DNA from: a virus
Taxonomy: Duplodnaviria; Caudoviricetes
Direction: 5' to 3' (one strand)
Length of the DNA stretch: 62,035 nt
Virus record (IMG/VR): IMGVR_UViG_3300032462_000004
Coordinates: 1 to 62,035 of that record
Part shown: positions 36,663 to 46,419 of the stretch, piece after piece
Position numbering within the stretch: position 1 is the first letter of the stretch
How the letters are laid out: every line of letters starts with the position of its first letter
Program-made: the position numbers and the translations under genes
Notes under the pieces: model-generated
The model's database searches: none
What the model saw: only the letters and a program-made list of their open reading frames with translations
Told to the model about the DNA's origin: nothing

Positions 36663-37567
36663 GTCGCCATCCCCGGTTTGTTTGCAATGTCAGGATGCGG
36701 ATCATACCCGATTAGCTCAATGTCTTCCCATTGCAAGTTAAGAATATCATCAAATTTGGATAAATCCTTGTTTATCTTAAGTTTTGGCAATTCTTTAGGT
36801 GCCCGTGTTAATTGTTCCTTTACCATATCCATTTGATTCTGATAGATATGAACGTCCCATCCCATGTATACAAGGTCACCGGGAATCATCTCTAAATGTT
36901 TTGCGAAAATCATGTTCAGTAATGCGTAAGACATGATATTATAGGGTAAACCAAACGGGACATCATTGCTTCTCATTACAAATCCGGTGTGAAGTTTTCC
37001 GTCGCCCGTTGTGAAGTCACTCTCCACAGAATAAAGATGCAACATATGGCATGGTGGTAAGGCCATCTCATGAAGTTGCCCAGGATTCCAGCCTGTTATA
37101 ACGTGTCGACGGCCAGTCGGGTCTTTCTTAATACCGGTCAACAGGTCAGCAACTTGATCAGTCTCCTTGACTCGATAAACCATGTCACCAGTTTTTGCAG
37201 AAGCTGCAGAATCCCATTGCGGTGTCTGCCAATGTCTCCACTGGAACCCGTACCCTTTACCCATATTACCTTCCGGTAAGTGAGATAGCCCGACTTTATC
37301 GAGAAACTCTCTGGAAGTATTACCTTTCCAGATATTAATCTTCTTTTCTTCTAATAGTTTTGTGTTAGTTTCGCCTCGTAGGAAGAACATTGTTTCCTCG
37401 AACGCGATACGCAGGGAAACTTTCCTTGAGGTAATGATCGGGAACCCGTCGTTTAAGTCCCACCGCAATAATCTTCCGAAGACTGCCCTGGAACCGATGC
37501 CGGTCCTGTCGCCTTTATCTACACCATTGGTGTAAACATCATTTAATAAATCTAAAAAATTTTGCAT
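36659..37567 (-). CDS. thyA: Thymidylate synthase
   Basis: DRTGIG, YGFQWR, RR, MALPPCH, RSND..GLPYN, HIY.N. Confidence 0.95.
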   Translation of the reverse strand: MQNFLDLLNDVYTNGVDKGDRTGIGSRAVFGRLLRWDLNDGFPIITSRKVSLRIAFEETMFFLRGETNTKLLEEKKINIWKGNTSREFLDKVGLSHLPEGNMGKGYGFQWRHWQTPQWDSAASAKTGDMVYRVKETDQVADLLTGIKKDPTGRRHVITGWNPGQLHEMALPPCHMLHLYSVESDFTTGDGKLHTGFVMRSNDVPFGLPYNIMSYALLNMIFAKHLEMIPGDLVYMGWDVHIYQNQMDMVKEQLTRAPKELPKLKINKDLSKFDDILNLQWEDIELIGYDPHPDIANKPGMAT

Positions 37568-37592
37568 GCCTTTGACTCCGTTTCATATAGCT

Positions 37593-37621
37593 ATGATACT
37601 ATATATAAGCGAAAAAGTCAA
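37593..37621 (-). promoter_or_regulatory. Sigma70-type promoter for thyA
   Basis: TTGACT-17-TATCAT. Confidence 0.6.
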
Positions 37622-37899
37622 AGATTATCTGCTAACTTCCTTGTTAGGTATTCTGCTTCGGTGATGTTCTCTACAAAATCGACATGTCCGTTATTGTAAT
37701 CCCTGAATGAACTATTCCAGTTGTTATATTTTTTATAATAAATCTTAAATAGGACTATCTCTCCGTCAGAACATGTGGTTCTAAAGAATGAGAATTTCTT
37801 TTTATAAAATGAGGTGACATCTAGCCCGGATTCATTTCGCCAATCTGTATGGTCTGTGTCCATAAGCATCCGACGGTTCCTACTCTTTGTAGAAGTCAT
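37618..37899 (-). CDS. Hypothetical protein (start uncertain)
   Basis: ORF in operon context. Confidence 0.55.
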   Translation of the reverse strand: MTSTKSRNRRMLMDTDHTDWRNESGLDVTSFYKKKFSFFRTTCSDGEIVLFKIYYKKYNNWNSSFRDYNNGHVDFVENITEAEYLTRKLADNL

Positions 37900-38404
37900 G
37901 GTTACCTATTCTCATTGTTTTATTCATCTCGAGTCTCCAAGATGGGAAACTAATAAATGGATTATGGAAATGTGTTGCCCCTTTTGTATTATCCTCCACT
38001 TCGCCTGCAAGTGTCGATATAGCAACCATGGATGCTACTTGGAATTGATCTACGATGCGTTGATTCATCGAACCATCCTTGTTCTTAATGGGAATTTCCT
38101 TATTTTTCATATTGTTCTCACAATACCATGAAAATGCACATACTATCTTTTTACTAGTTCTGGATACTGCACTGGATTTCACTACACCACATATTGTGCT
38201 TGGAAATCTTTCGTCATTTGCTCTATTTATTGTTACTGCTGCCACAGCAAATTGTCCTCGTATATCTTCGTTTCTTGCTTCGTAATAAACGTTTTCCGCA
38301 AGGCAATAAGCTTGGTTCAGATCCACGCGAGAAATATCCATATTAGGATTTATTGCGACCATGCTTTGCATCAAATATGCGAGGAGAAGTTTTGTTGTTA
38401 CCAT
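37880..38404 (-). CDS. Cell wall hydrolase (SleB/Hydrolase_2)
   Basis: CLAENVYYEARNE..GQ.AVA.V..NR...FP.TICGVV, FSW, GATHFH, IGNH.FY. Confidence 0.9.
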   Translation of the reverse strand: MVTTKLLLAYLMQSMVAINPNMDISRVDLNQAYCLAENVYYEARNEDIRGQFAVAAVTINRANDERFPSTICGVVKSSAVSRTSKKIVCAFSWYCENNMKNKEIPIKNKDGSMNQRIVDQFQVASMVAISTLAGEVEDNTKGATHFHNPFISFPSWRLEMNKTMRIGNHDFYKE

Positions 38405-38471
38405 TAAACTCTCCTGATTGGATTCCTAAGATAGCGTCAAAGGACTGTTATTTAGTCCATAACTTGTGTCC

Positions 38472-38500
38472 ATTATACATATTGTGAAGTAGATTGTCAA
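38472..38500 (-). promoter_or_regulatory. Consensus sigma70 promoter
   Basis: TTGACA-17-TATAAT. Confidence 0.8.
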
Positions 38501-38536
38501 TAAATGGATAAATACTGCAAACGAAAGGATTAACCT

Positions 38537-40591
38537 ATGAAACTTGGACAAATTAATAAAGACATGTCACTTTTTAAAAGTGAATATATGGAATTATCTG
38601 CCAATAAGAATATTTCCGAATCTCCCGCTACAGAGATACCGGAATCATCGGAGATGCCCGAAAAAGGTGACACCATTCGAACATCTAAAATGCAGATGGA
38701 AGGTAAAGTCGAGAGAGTAGGTCAAAATCGAGCAGGATACGATGAAGTTTTCTTCAGGATTGCCGATGGTAGGTTAATGAAGACTCCGGTGAGTAATGTT
38801 ACTGTTGTAGAGAAACTTGCCGATGACGAGATGGAAGAAGCTATTACATTTGCACCAGGTTCTTATCCGGATGTCGATCACATGCCAGGTGCAGTCCATA
38901 AAAACGGTGTGCTTCCGGCTAAATCGTCGGGCAATGTAAAATCATTTGACGATTACGCAGACTGGAAAAAGAATGCGGATCATATAAATTCGGTTGTCCA
39001 TGACGACAATTCAGAAATTATAAGCAATTCTTCTTCAGAAACTTACGGGCCAGAAAATGGTAAAGTTTTTGCAAAATGGAACAAGCAGACAAATACTGGT
39101 AAGATATTAATGCCAACAAATGAAGGAATGATGGGCGGAATCAATCGTGCTGCTCCTGCTGTAGATGTTAGCTATGAAAAAGTATTAGACGAAGTAACAT
39201 CAAAGTATCGTATGGACGAACTAAGCATAGGCAAATTACAAGCATATCAGCAGAAGGTTAAATCCCCAGAACGGATGAGATTAGCTTCGTTGTCGCAGCT
39301 GAACCGCGATGTCGAGGGCAACAGGCGAGCACAGGGCAAAATTGCAACAAAATCCGGCCAACAAATCCCAGATAGATCCAAGTTCAGAGAAGAAGGCAGC
39401 AATACAGATAGTAAAGTTGCCGAATTGAAGAAATGGGCTGAAGATAATTACAGTAATGGTGCTGACACTTTCGTAGAAACATATGGAGACGAAGAATACG
39501 CATTAATGTTAGACGATAACAACGGAGACGTTGCGGAAACCATCGAATTTATGAAGATCATGGCAGATGTTTGGCAGGAAAAACAAGCCGATGCCGATTA
39601 TTATTCTCGTGGCGAAATGGATGAAGCTTATGATCTTAATTCGTTTACTGGAGTACTGAATAGGCAACATGCAGAGAAACCTGTGGCTAAGAAAAAGACA
39701 GTTAATGTTCCGTATAACGGGTGGCTTATAAGATATCGGCCGCCTGCCAAACCTGGAGAAAAGACTGTTTGGCAAGTTATGGACAAATCAGATACAATTA
39801 AGAAAGCCGGAGAAGCCACTACAGATAAAGATGCTGTACGAGATGCTCAGGAATGGATTAACGCGGGTGGTGGTGAAGGTCAGACGTCGTCAAACAAAGT
39901 AACCATCGACTTTAACGTGAATTTTGCAAGAGAATTTGCGCCAGAGGGCGATACATTTTATGCTAAAATAGAAAAATATGGTGCTGGAACAGCATTAATG
40001 GTTTCGACCACTCAGCATGAAGGGTATAAAAGAAGTCATATTAGGAATCAAAAAAATAAGATAACAGGCACAACTACCAAGCTACCTATGATACCAATGA
40101 GTGCTTCGGAAGCTAACTCTGCCGGCTTGGTTGCCAACGGACGTTACACATTGGGCGGCAAGGAAGATATGGGTGACGATACAATGTTATTCCCACTGGA
40201 ATACCAAGGCAAAACCCAGAGCAAAACAGATGCAGTTAGATTAAACAAGCCGGGCCTAACAGTTGCAACAGAAAGAGATACAGTTGGTGAAGCTATAGAT
40301 CCTTGGCACGGGTATACACCAGACGATAAGAAGGCGAATTCCCTTTCGAAGGCACCTAAAACAACCATGCAGGGTTCGGGAGATTTACCATTTGATCAAA
40401 TGGTAAAAGACACAATCAACACCCACGGACTGAAGTGGGCGTTTGATTATTATGTCAGGAAGAATGGATTGCCGCCAAGACAATTTCAGATTTTTGCTGG
40501 ATTGACTGTTAAACCTAAGAATAAATCGCCAGTCGCAGATAAAGAGTCCTGGTTGCAGAAATTACGAGGTAAATTACCATTTGAAGAATGA
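38537..40591 (+). CDS. Modular late protein (possible protease-processed head cargo)
   Basis: 684 aa after GATAAATA; modules separated by ISES, EMEEA, TNEG, VLDE, MDEL, FREEG, MDEA, VGEA. Confidence 0.7.
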   Translation: MKLGQINKDMSLFKSEYMELSANKNISESPATEIPESSEMPEKGDTIRTSKMQMEGKVERVGQNRAGYDEVFFRIADGRLMKTPVSNVTVVEKLADDEMEEAITFAPGSYPDVDHMPGAVHKNGVLPAKSSGNVKSFDDYADWKKNADHINSVVHDDNSEIISNSSSETYGPENGKVFAKWNKQTNTGKILMPTNEGMMGGINRAAPAVDVSYEKVLDEVTSKYRMDELSIGKLQAYQQKVKSPERMRLASLSQLNRDVEGNRRAQGKIATKSGQQIPDRSKFREEGSNTDSKVAELKKWAEDNYSNGADTFVETYGDEEYALMLDDNNGDVAETIEFMKIMADVWQEKQADADYYSRGEMDEAYDLNSFTGVLNRQHAEKPVAKKKTVNVPYNGWLIRYRPPAKPGEKTVWQVMDKSDTIKKAGEATTDKDAVRDAQEWINAGGGEGQTSSNKVTIDFNVNFAREFAPEGDTFYAKIEKYGAGTALMVSTTQHEGYKRSHIRNQKNKITGTTTKLPMIPMSASEANSAGLVANGRYTLGGKEDMGDDTMLFPLEYQGKTQSKTDAVRLNKPGLTVATERDTVGEAIDPWHGYTPDDKKANSLSKAPKTTMQGSGDLPFDQMVKDTINTHGLKWAFDYYVRKNGLPPRQFQIFAGLTVKPKNKSPVADKESWLQKLRGKLPFEE

Positions 40592-41698
40592 TTATTCCCC
40601 TGAATAATATTTCTTATATGATCTTGTCTTTTTAAATTTATCGAAATCTATATCGGAGTGATTTATCACTCCTTTAATTTTCTTTTCTAACATTAATTCT
40701 AAAATAGCAACGCCCGAGCCGGCCGTTGTTGCCTGAATACCTGTTAAACCATCTGTACCATAGAATTTAGCAGAATAGTTTCTAACAATCTTTCGATCAT
40801 CTTCGTCACGGCCGGATGCTTTTGCATATACAACAATAACATCCTGATTATTATATGGGAATGCATTAAGGAATTCTTTCTTTACGCTATCGAAATCCTT
40901 ATTATGCTTAGATACTATATCTTTTACATACCTATAATGACCCGGATACCGTAATGTCTTGTAATGTATGTTCGAGACTCCAGGTAAATCACTGATTAGA
41001 CTTCCAACGCCACCCGATGTGTGGGCTGCTTCGTAGGTCATGCCATCAATAATGATAATTTCGACCCCGGATAATGCTTCTATTTCACATACTACATCGT
41101 TTTCCTTAACTCTGCATGGTCTAATGTATTCATTAACTAATCCATCAATACTCCATGAGAGATTATATGAAGATTCGGGTAAATTTGGATCAAATGACAC
41201 CATCTTAGGCAATGCACCTACGCTGACCATCAATGACTCGGGTTTATATATTTTTTTGGCTAACTCTAGCCCTACATAGTTAATAAATCCAGGTGCAAGT
41301 CCGCATTTTACTGCACAGCTTAAACCGCTGTCCTTATATATTGCCTGGACATTATCTGCCATGACATCGTCTTCTGTAAAATCAATATAAGAACATTTTG
41401 CATTCCTGGAAGCTGTGGCAATTTTCTCATTAAAAGAAAACGGCAGAGCATTTATGACATGTGTAATTTTGGAACTAACTAGAATTCTGGTTATTTCGCC
41501 AACTGTTGAAGTTGACAGATCCATATTACACATGCTTTCGATTTGATCGTCGGTTGAAATGACTGAATCAATCACCATCGGATAGTTGCGAAGATTACTG
41601 CAAACACTCCGATGATAATTGACTAATCCTTTAGCAATTTTATAAACACCTTTGCCAATTTGTCCGTATCCAAAAATTGCTATATTTACATCTGCCAT
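40592..41698 (-). CDS. Saccharopine dehydrogenase-like oxidoreductase
   Basis: G.GQIG Rossmann, INALP, YID.TED, CGLAPG, WS.DGL.NEY, YKTLRYPGH. Confidence 0.85.
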   Translation of the reverse strand: MADVNIAIFGYGQIGKGVYKIAKGLVNYHRSVCSNLRNYPMVIDSVISTDDQIESMCNMDLSTSTVGEITRILVSSKITHVINALPFSFNEKIATASRNAKCSYIDFTEDDVMADNVQAIYKDSGLSCAVKCGLAPGFINYVGLELAKKIYKPESLMVSVGALPKMVSFDPNLPESSYNLSWSIDGLVNEYIRPCRVKENDVVCEIEALSGVEIIIIDGMTYEAAHTSGGVGSLISDLPGVSNIHYKTLRYPGHYRYVKDIVSKHNKDFDSVKKEFLNAFPYNNQDVIVVYAKASGRDEDDRKIVRNYSAKFYGTDGLTGIQATTAGSGVAILELMLEKKIKGVINHSDIDFDKFKKTRSYKKYYSGE

Positions 41699-41724
41699 AA
41701 ATCCCCTGATAAGTATGTACTTAT

Positions 41725-43125
41725 TTAGCGGACAGGCAGGTTAGCTCGCTCTCGAATCTGAACAAATGTTGTCTCACTATAGCTAACACCGTTCTTGAAG
41801 CGTGTTATTAATAGATCCTCTTGGCCCGATTTATATTCGAGTTCTTTGGTGGCATACTTGTCATCTTCCAACACAAGCATCAATCGACCACGCTTACTTT
41901 TCTTTTCAGGTGCATTGATCGGATCCTTGTACACATCACGCCATTCCAACTTGCCATCAGCACCCTTGATTCCGATTGCACTACATTTCATTGCAAACTG
42001 CAAGGTATCACGGTTAACTTGTTGCAAGAGTGCGCCGCCTTGGCCAAATGCTACGTTATCTGCACTATAACCGGCCAAATCCAAGCAGAACAAGATGGAT
42101 CTGATAGACGCATGGTCGATGCCGTCGCCTTGTATAACCCTGACATTGTTCAACACCCTGTAACCTTTGGCATTCTTTACACTACCAAAGCGTTTATCGA
42201 GTGTATGAACGCATGCAAGAACAACAGAACTCGGATTGCCACTGTCTGGGCGAATAACAACAATTGCACCAGAGTCAATTACTTGTTGCTTTAGCTGTTC
42301 ACCCCAGATTTTGTCGCAAGCATGCCCGATGTCATAGCTATCACTAACGAATGCAATAGGTGCGCCTGCTTTACCGTGAGTTCTCAACATGTTGCTGTAA
42401 GAGTCTGCTTCATTTTCACGACCCCAGCTCGTCACAGTGCTATGTTCCATTGCAGGGATACTAAATCCACAGATTTCTGCATCATAGTATTCCATTGCGG
42501 TCAATACGCCGGAAACAGTATCGGTGCCCATGAAGTTTACCAAGTGTGCCATACCGCCAAGGCCGGCAGATTCGAAACTGCTTACACCACGCGCACCAAA
42601 GTCGTGTAACTTGAAGTCGATGAGACTTGGATCGCCATTCTTTTCCAGATAATGCATAATAATGCGCTTACTTTCATGACTGTTAGTTGCAACAGTCGTT
42701 GGATACCAAATAGCACGAAGCAATGCAGTTTCCAAGAAGCTTGGCAACCACCAGCACTTAGGATCAGTATTAACAATGGTCAGCAACACGTTTTTCAAGC
42801 GCATGACTGAACCTTCATCCACTGCTTTGATTTCTACTGGCAAAATACCGCCGTGCATATTAAGAATATGCATCCACCCTTCTTTATTGAATGGTTCACC
42901 GTGAACTGCCATGAAATCAGCAGCTTGGTCGATCATTGCGCGGGTAATAGGTGTCTTCAGATATTCACGGATGAATGCTTGGAGGCCAAGGAACACTAAT
43001 TGATCGTATGCTCCACCGCGAGATTCGATATACGAGTAAACATACTCGGTACCTGGCGGGTATTGGTTATATTGAGAAAACTTGTATGAATCTGAATTCA
43101 ATATAATGTTTTTTGCGAATTTCAT
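41725..43125 (-). CDS. nadV: Nicotinamide phosphoribosyltransferase
   Basis: DSYK, LHDFGARG, F.GTD, SIPA.EHS, VSDSYD, IRPDSG, IQGDG, FG.GG.LLQ..NRD. Confidence 0.95.
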   Translation of the reverse strand: MKFAKNIILNSDSYKFSQYNQYPPGTEYVYSYIESRGGAYDQLVFLGLQAFIREYLKTPITRAMIDQAADFMAVHGEPFNKEGWMHILNMHGGILPVEIKAVDEGSVMRLKNVLLTIVNTDPKCWWLPSFLETALLRAIWYPTTVATNSHESKRIIMHYLEKNGDPSLIDFKLHDFGARGVSSFESAGLGGMAHLVNFMGTDTVSGVLTAMEYYDAEICGFSIPAMEHSTVTSWGRENEADSYSNMLRTHGKAGAPIAFVSDSYDIGHACDKIWGEQLKQQVIDSGAIVVIRPDSGNPSSVVLACVHTLDKRFGSVKNAKGYRVLNNVRVIQGDGIDHASIRSILFCLDLAGYSADNVAFGQGGALLQQVNRDTLQFAMKCSAIGIKGADGKLEWRDVYKDPINAPEKKSKRGRLMLVLEDDKYATKELEYKSGQEDLLITRFKNGVSYSETTFVQIRERANLPVR

Positions 43126-43176
43126 AATGATAAACTCCTTATCGTTAAATTGCCCAACTCACTGTCGGGATTTGCT

Positions 43177-43413
43177 CTATATTAACACTGATCTCATCAT
43201 TAATACAATCTTATCTTCGTCGGATATAAAATATTCATCTTTTATTCCGTAACGATTTTTTATTTCCGTAACTGTATTGCCCTTGACTAAGTATGCTCTC
43301 TCCGCAAACTGCATTTCTTCCCTGTAGTCTGTATTTTCCATGTTAATCATGCACAATGCAGCTGGTGCGCCGGCGATTCGAATCGCCATATCCGAGAATT
43401 CTAGAAAAATCAT
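43177..43413 (-). CDS. Hypothetical protein
   Basis: 78-aa ORF overlapping upstream stop. Confidence 0.55.
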   Translation of the reverse strand: MIFLEFSDMAIRIAGAPAALCMINMENTDYREEMQFAERAYLVKGNTVTEIKNRYGIKDEYFISDEDKIVLMMRSVLI

Positions 43414-43736
43414 TTTACTCCTAAGATTTCCATGTCTTCTGCCGTAAGTTTAGCTAAAGCCCTTGCTTTCTTTGACGCTGCTTCTTCCAGACGGTGTCTG
43501 GAGTCAAGTTTCTTGTGTTTTGTATGCCACGACATCAGTTCTTTCTTTGTAATGCCGGCACCTTCACAATCAATTAAATCATAATACTTGGTTTTATCTT
43601 GCAATACTTTTTCAAAAGCATCTAATGTAGCGCACAGGGCACTCTCAGCAAAACTGATCTGCTTTTTCAGTGCTGGCTCAGTAATATCAGTAAAATACTG
43701 TTGTGGATGATCGTCGTAATAATTTCTGCATGGCAT
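43410..43736 (-). CDS. Hypothetical phage protein
   Basis: MPC..Y..., LC, WH..H...D; AAGGAG SD. Confidence 0.65.
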   Translation of the reverse strand: MPCRNYYDDHPQQYFTDITEPALKKQISFAESALCATLDAFEKVLQDKTKYYDLIDCEGAGITKKELMSWHTKHKKLDSRHRLEEAASKKARALAKLTAEDMEILGVK

Positions 43737-43746
43737 ATTAATCTCC

Positions 43747-44007
43747 TTAAGTTAACCAATTTGGCTCAACATGTGGTTCCAATTCTGGAACTACCGTACT
43801 ATAGACTCCGCCGTGCGCAAGTACAAATGCTAAGGCGTCGTCCTCACTTTCAAACTTTAAATGCGCGGCTGCATTATTCATACTGTCGCCTTGCCATCCG
43901 CCTGGATCGTAATCAACTTCGCTAAGCCCGTTGTTATTAAGCCACTCGCCTAATTTGCAAAGGTCCAAGCGACCATTAATTCTCGGTATACGGATGTAGT
44001 GGCTCAT
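43747..44007 (-). CDS. Hypothetical protein (F-x3-D-x3-F family)
   Basis: LKFESEDDALAFVL. Confidence 0.6.
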   Translation of the reverse strand: MSHYIRIPRINGRLDLCKLGEWLNNNGLSEVDYDPGGWQGDSMNNAAAHLKFESEDDALAFVLAHGGVYSTVVPELEPHVEPNWLT

Positions 44008-45074
44008 TTCTTTGCTCGTGCCACCATTGTTTGGATAATATGTGCATGATCGCCGTACATCACTTCACCCATTGTTGCAACTTCAGCCAAAGTAAACCAT
44101 TTTGCCTTCTTGGCATCATCGGACCCCTTGACTCTCGGAAGCTCTCCGTTACCGCCGTCCAACTCAATCAGATATGCATGAGTGATAGTGCGCCCACGTA
44201 GATCACGATCGGGATGGTCGAATACTTTATTGTACGTTATAGCCTTACGAAGAACGATTTCCGGTACTTTAATTTTTGTTTCTTCAATTAATTCCCGAAC
44301 AACACAGTCTTCGAGCAATTCCTTAGGATTAATGAACCCACCCGGAAGAGCCCAGAGTCCTTTACCAGGGGAAAATCCTCGTTGAATAAGCAGGATGTGA
44401 CCTCCCTGGACCACGACCGCGTCAGTGGTCTGAAAAACTGGAACGAATGGTGCCGATTCCCAGGCTTTATGATAGCCTTTATAGAAATAATATTCTTCGA
44501 CCATCTTTTCGTAATGATTAGTGGTCCTGAATGCTACTAGCCATTCAAATATTTCAGATGGAACTGCACCCTTTACAAAGTCTAGGTGTCCTTCGAACAG
44601 AAGTTCTCTGATTTTTGTAGCGTCAATTGGGTGTGATCCGTGTTCGACGAATCCTTTAAGTTCGATAAACTTCCAAGCAGGGAAAGCATGATTGTACCAG
44701 CTTGATTCATCTTTATCGAACCCAAGGATACAAATTTCGGAATCAGCAACACCTGGATGTTCAGATCCGACCTGTGTTTGGACTTCGCGAATCCAGTTAT
44801 TGTTGCTGTATTTGTGATCGCGCAGTGGACTGATGGTGTAATTATATTCCAGAGAATCCATTACCTTGATTGATCTATTCAATGAACTAGCAATCATTTG
44901 CTTTCGTTCATAATAGTCGAAGGGATTCTTCGGAGTGCTTGGTTGGAAAGAACTCCCAACCAAAATATGGACATGTTCAGCAAGGTCGAGTGCTTGCATT
45001 ACATTCCGGAGATGTCCGTTATGGAATGGTTCGAATCTGCCGATAAGTACGGCGACTTTATATTTCTTTGTCAT
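44004..45074 (-). CDS. nadM: Bifunctional NMN adenylyltransferase / Nudix hydrolase (NadM-Nudix, NatV-like)
   Basis: IGRFEPFHNGH, KNPF...ER, ATKIR; Nudix box GG.....E......RELIEET; DRD.RGRTITH. Confidence 0.93.
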   Translation of the reverse strand: MTKKYKVAVLIGRFEPFHNGHLRNVMQALDLAEHVHILVGSSFQPSTPKNPFDYYERKQMIASSLNRSIKVMDSLEYNYTISPLRDHKYSNNNWIREVQTQVGSEHPGVADSEICILGFDKDESSWYNHAFPAWKFIELKGFVEHGSHPIDATKIRELLFEGHLDFVKGAVPSEIFEWLVAFRTTNHYEKMVEEYYFYKGYHKAWESAPFVPVFQTTDAVVVQGGHILLIQRGFSPGKGLWALPGGFINPKELLEDCVVRELIEETKIKVPEIVLRKAITYNKVFDHPDRDLRGRTITHAYLIELDGGNGELPRVKGSDDAKKAKWFTLAEVATMGEVMYGDHAHIIQTMVARAKK

Positions 45075-45200
45075 AATTGGCTCCCAATTAAGTTATTGTT
45101 TGTAGAAGTCTGTCTCTACGTTGTATTTAGCCGTTAGTATAGCATCGACGGTAGTTATTGGTCAATCACCCTACATTAGACCTACCACCATTTGATAAAT

Positions 45201-45599
45201 CTAATCATCTTTTTTGCCACTATCTTGATTGGTAACAATATCCAAGAATGCTTCTTCTTCTCCTTCGGTCCATTCCAAAAGATCCGTAGATTGTTCTGCT
45301 GTGAGCACTGGTGCATAAGCAACAGGCTTCGGATATGTCGGAAACGGCCATGCTCCACTAACATCTGCTCCGTGGTTTTCCGGAATACCAGTGTCCTGAA
45401 CATCATCCATCTTCGCAAAGTCATATTTACCCTTGATAAATTTGGAATAATATTCGCCGAGGGAAACAGCAACAATGAAATCTCTGTATACTTGCTCGGG
45501 AACAGCACCATATTCATATACGCCACCATTTTTCAGAGTGACAGTAAGCCAACCACCGTTGGCCCACTGCACACCATTAATAATACTCGAATCTTTCAT
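45201..45599 (-). CDS. KTSC-domain protein
   Basis: SS.I..V......L.V....G.VYEY..VP..VY..F..A.S.G.Y....IKGKY. Confidence 0.8.
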   Translation of the reverse strand: MKDSSIINGVQWANGGWLTVTLKNGGVYEYGAVPEQVYRDFIVAVSLGEYYSKFIKGKYDFAKMDDVQDTGIPENHGADVSGAWPFPTYPKPVAYAPVLTAEQSTDLLEWTEGEEEAFLDIVTNQDSGKKDD

Positions 45600-46360
45600 T
45601 TAAACTCCTTAAATTCTTCAAATTTAAAACCACGCTTACCGTGTGACACAACTGCGCCACTTAAAACCCCACCCTTACCACAGCCTGTGTCTAAGAATAT
45701 AACTTTACCACCATTTGCATTGGTAACAACCATCGGTTCGGTTATCGGCACCTGATGTATCGGCTGCTTATCATGACCTACCATTAAAGTTTTGCCTATA
45801 GGGACTTCGTCCATCCAGTTATATAGCCGAACAGGATACCCATCTTCAAATACTTCGCCGTTAGTCTCACCAACTAAGTATCTGGACTTAGCAGACTTGC
45901 TCATTTCAGCAGTCCCGTCCCATAAAGATGGGTGACTTGCAGCATGCACTAAAACTACATCATCGAATTTATGATGAAATCCAGATAACGTTTCATGATT
46001 AACAACTTTCGAATACATTCTTAAAAATTCAGCTTCTCTCTCCGCGCCGACAGCTAATAAAGTGTTTTTTGCATCAACCGAAAATCTAACCTTAGCGCCA
46101 TTCAGATATCTGGAATATTTGTCGTCGTGGTTACCAACTGTAAAGCCGGCCGCACCTAAAGACATTGCATAATGCATTGTTTCGACAACTTCATATGGTT
46201 GTACGCCTCTGTCAACTAAGTCACCTAAAGACATAAAGAAGAAGTTATTGTCCATAGCAAATTTATATGCTTTTACGAAGGATTTAAAATCTCCGTGGAC
46301 GTCCCCGAAGACTAACATGCCTTCAAAGTTGTTTTTTACGTAATTTGCTAAAAATCCCAT
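45596..46360 (-). CDS. Calcineurin-like metallophosphoesterase
   Basis: GDVHG, GDLVDRG, GNHD, VHA, GH, DTGC. Confidence 0.9.
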   Translation of the reverse strand: MGFLANYVKNNFEGMLVFGDVHGDFKSFVKAYKFAMDNNFFFMSLGDLVDRGVQPYEVVETMHYAMSLGAAGFTVGNHDDKYSRYLNGAKVRFSVDAKNTLLAVGAEREAEFLRMYSKVVNHETLSGFHHKFDDVVLVHAASHPSLWDGTAEMSKSAKSRYLVGETNGEVFEDGYPVRLYNWMDEVPIGKTLMVGHDKQPIHQVPITEPMVVTNANGGKVIFLDTGCGKGGVLSGAVVSHGKRGFKFEEFKEFK

Positions 46361-46419
46361 TTCTTCTTTCAGTGGATGCCTACATTATACACTCGCACAT
46401 TAAAATAGCAACTGGTAAT

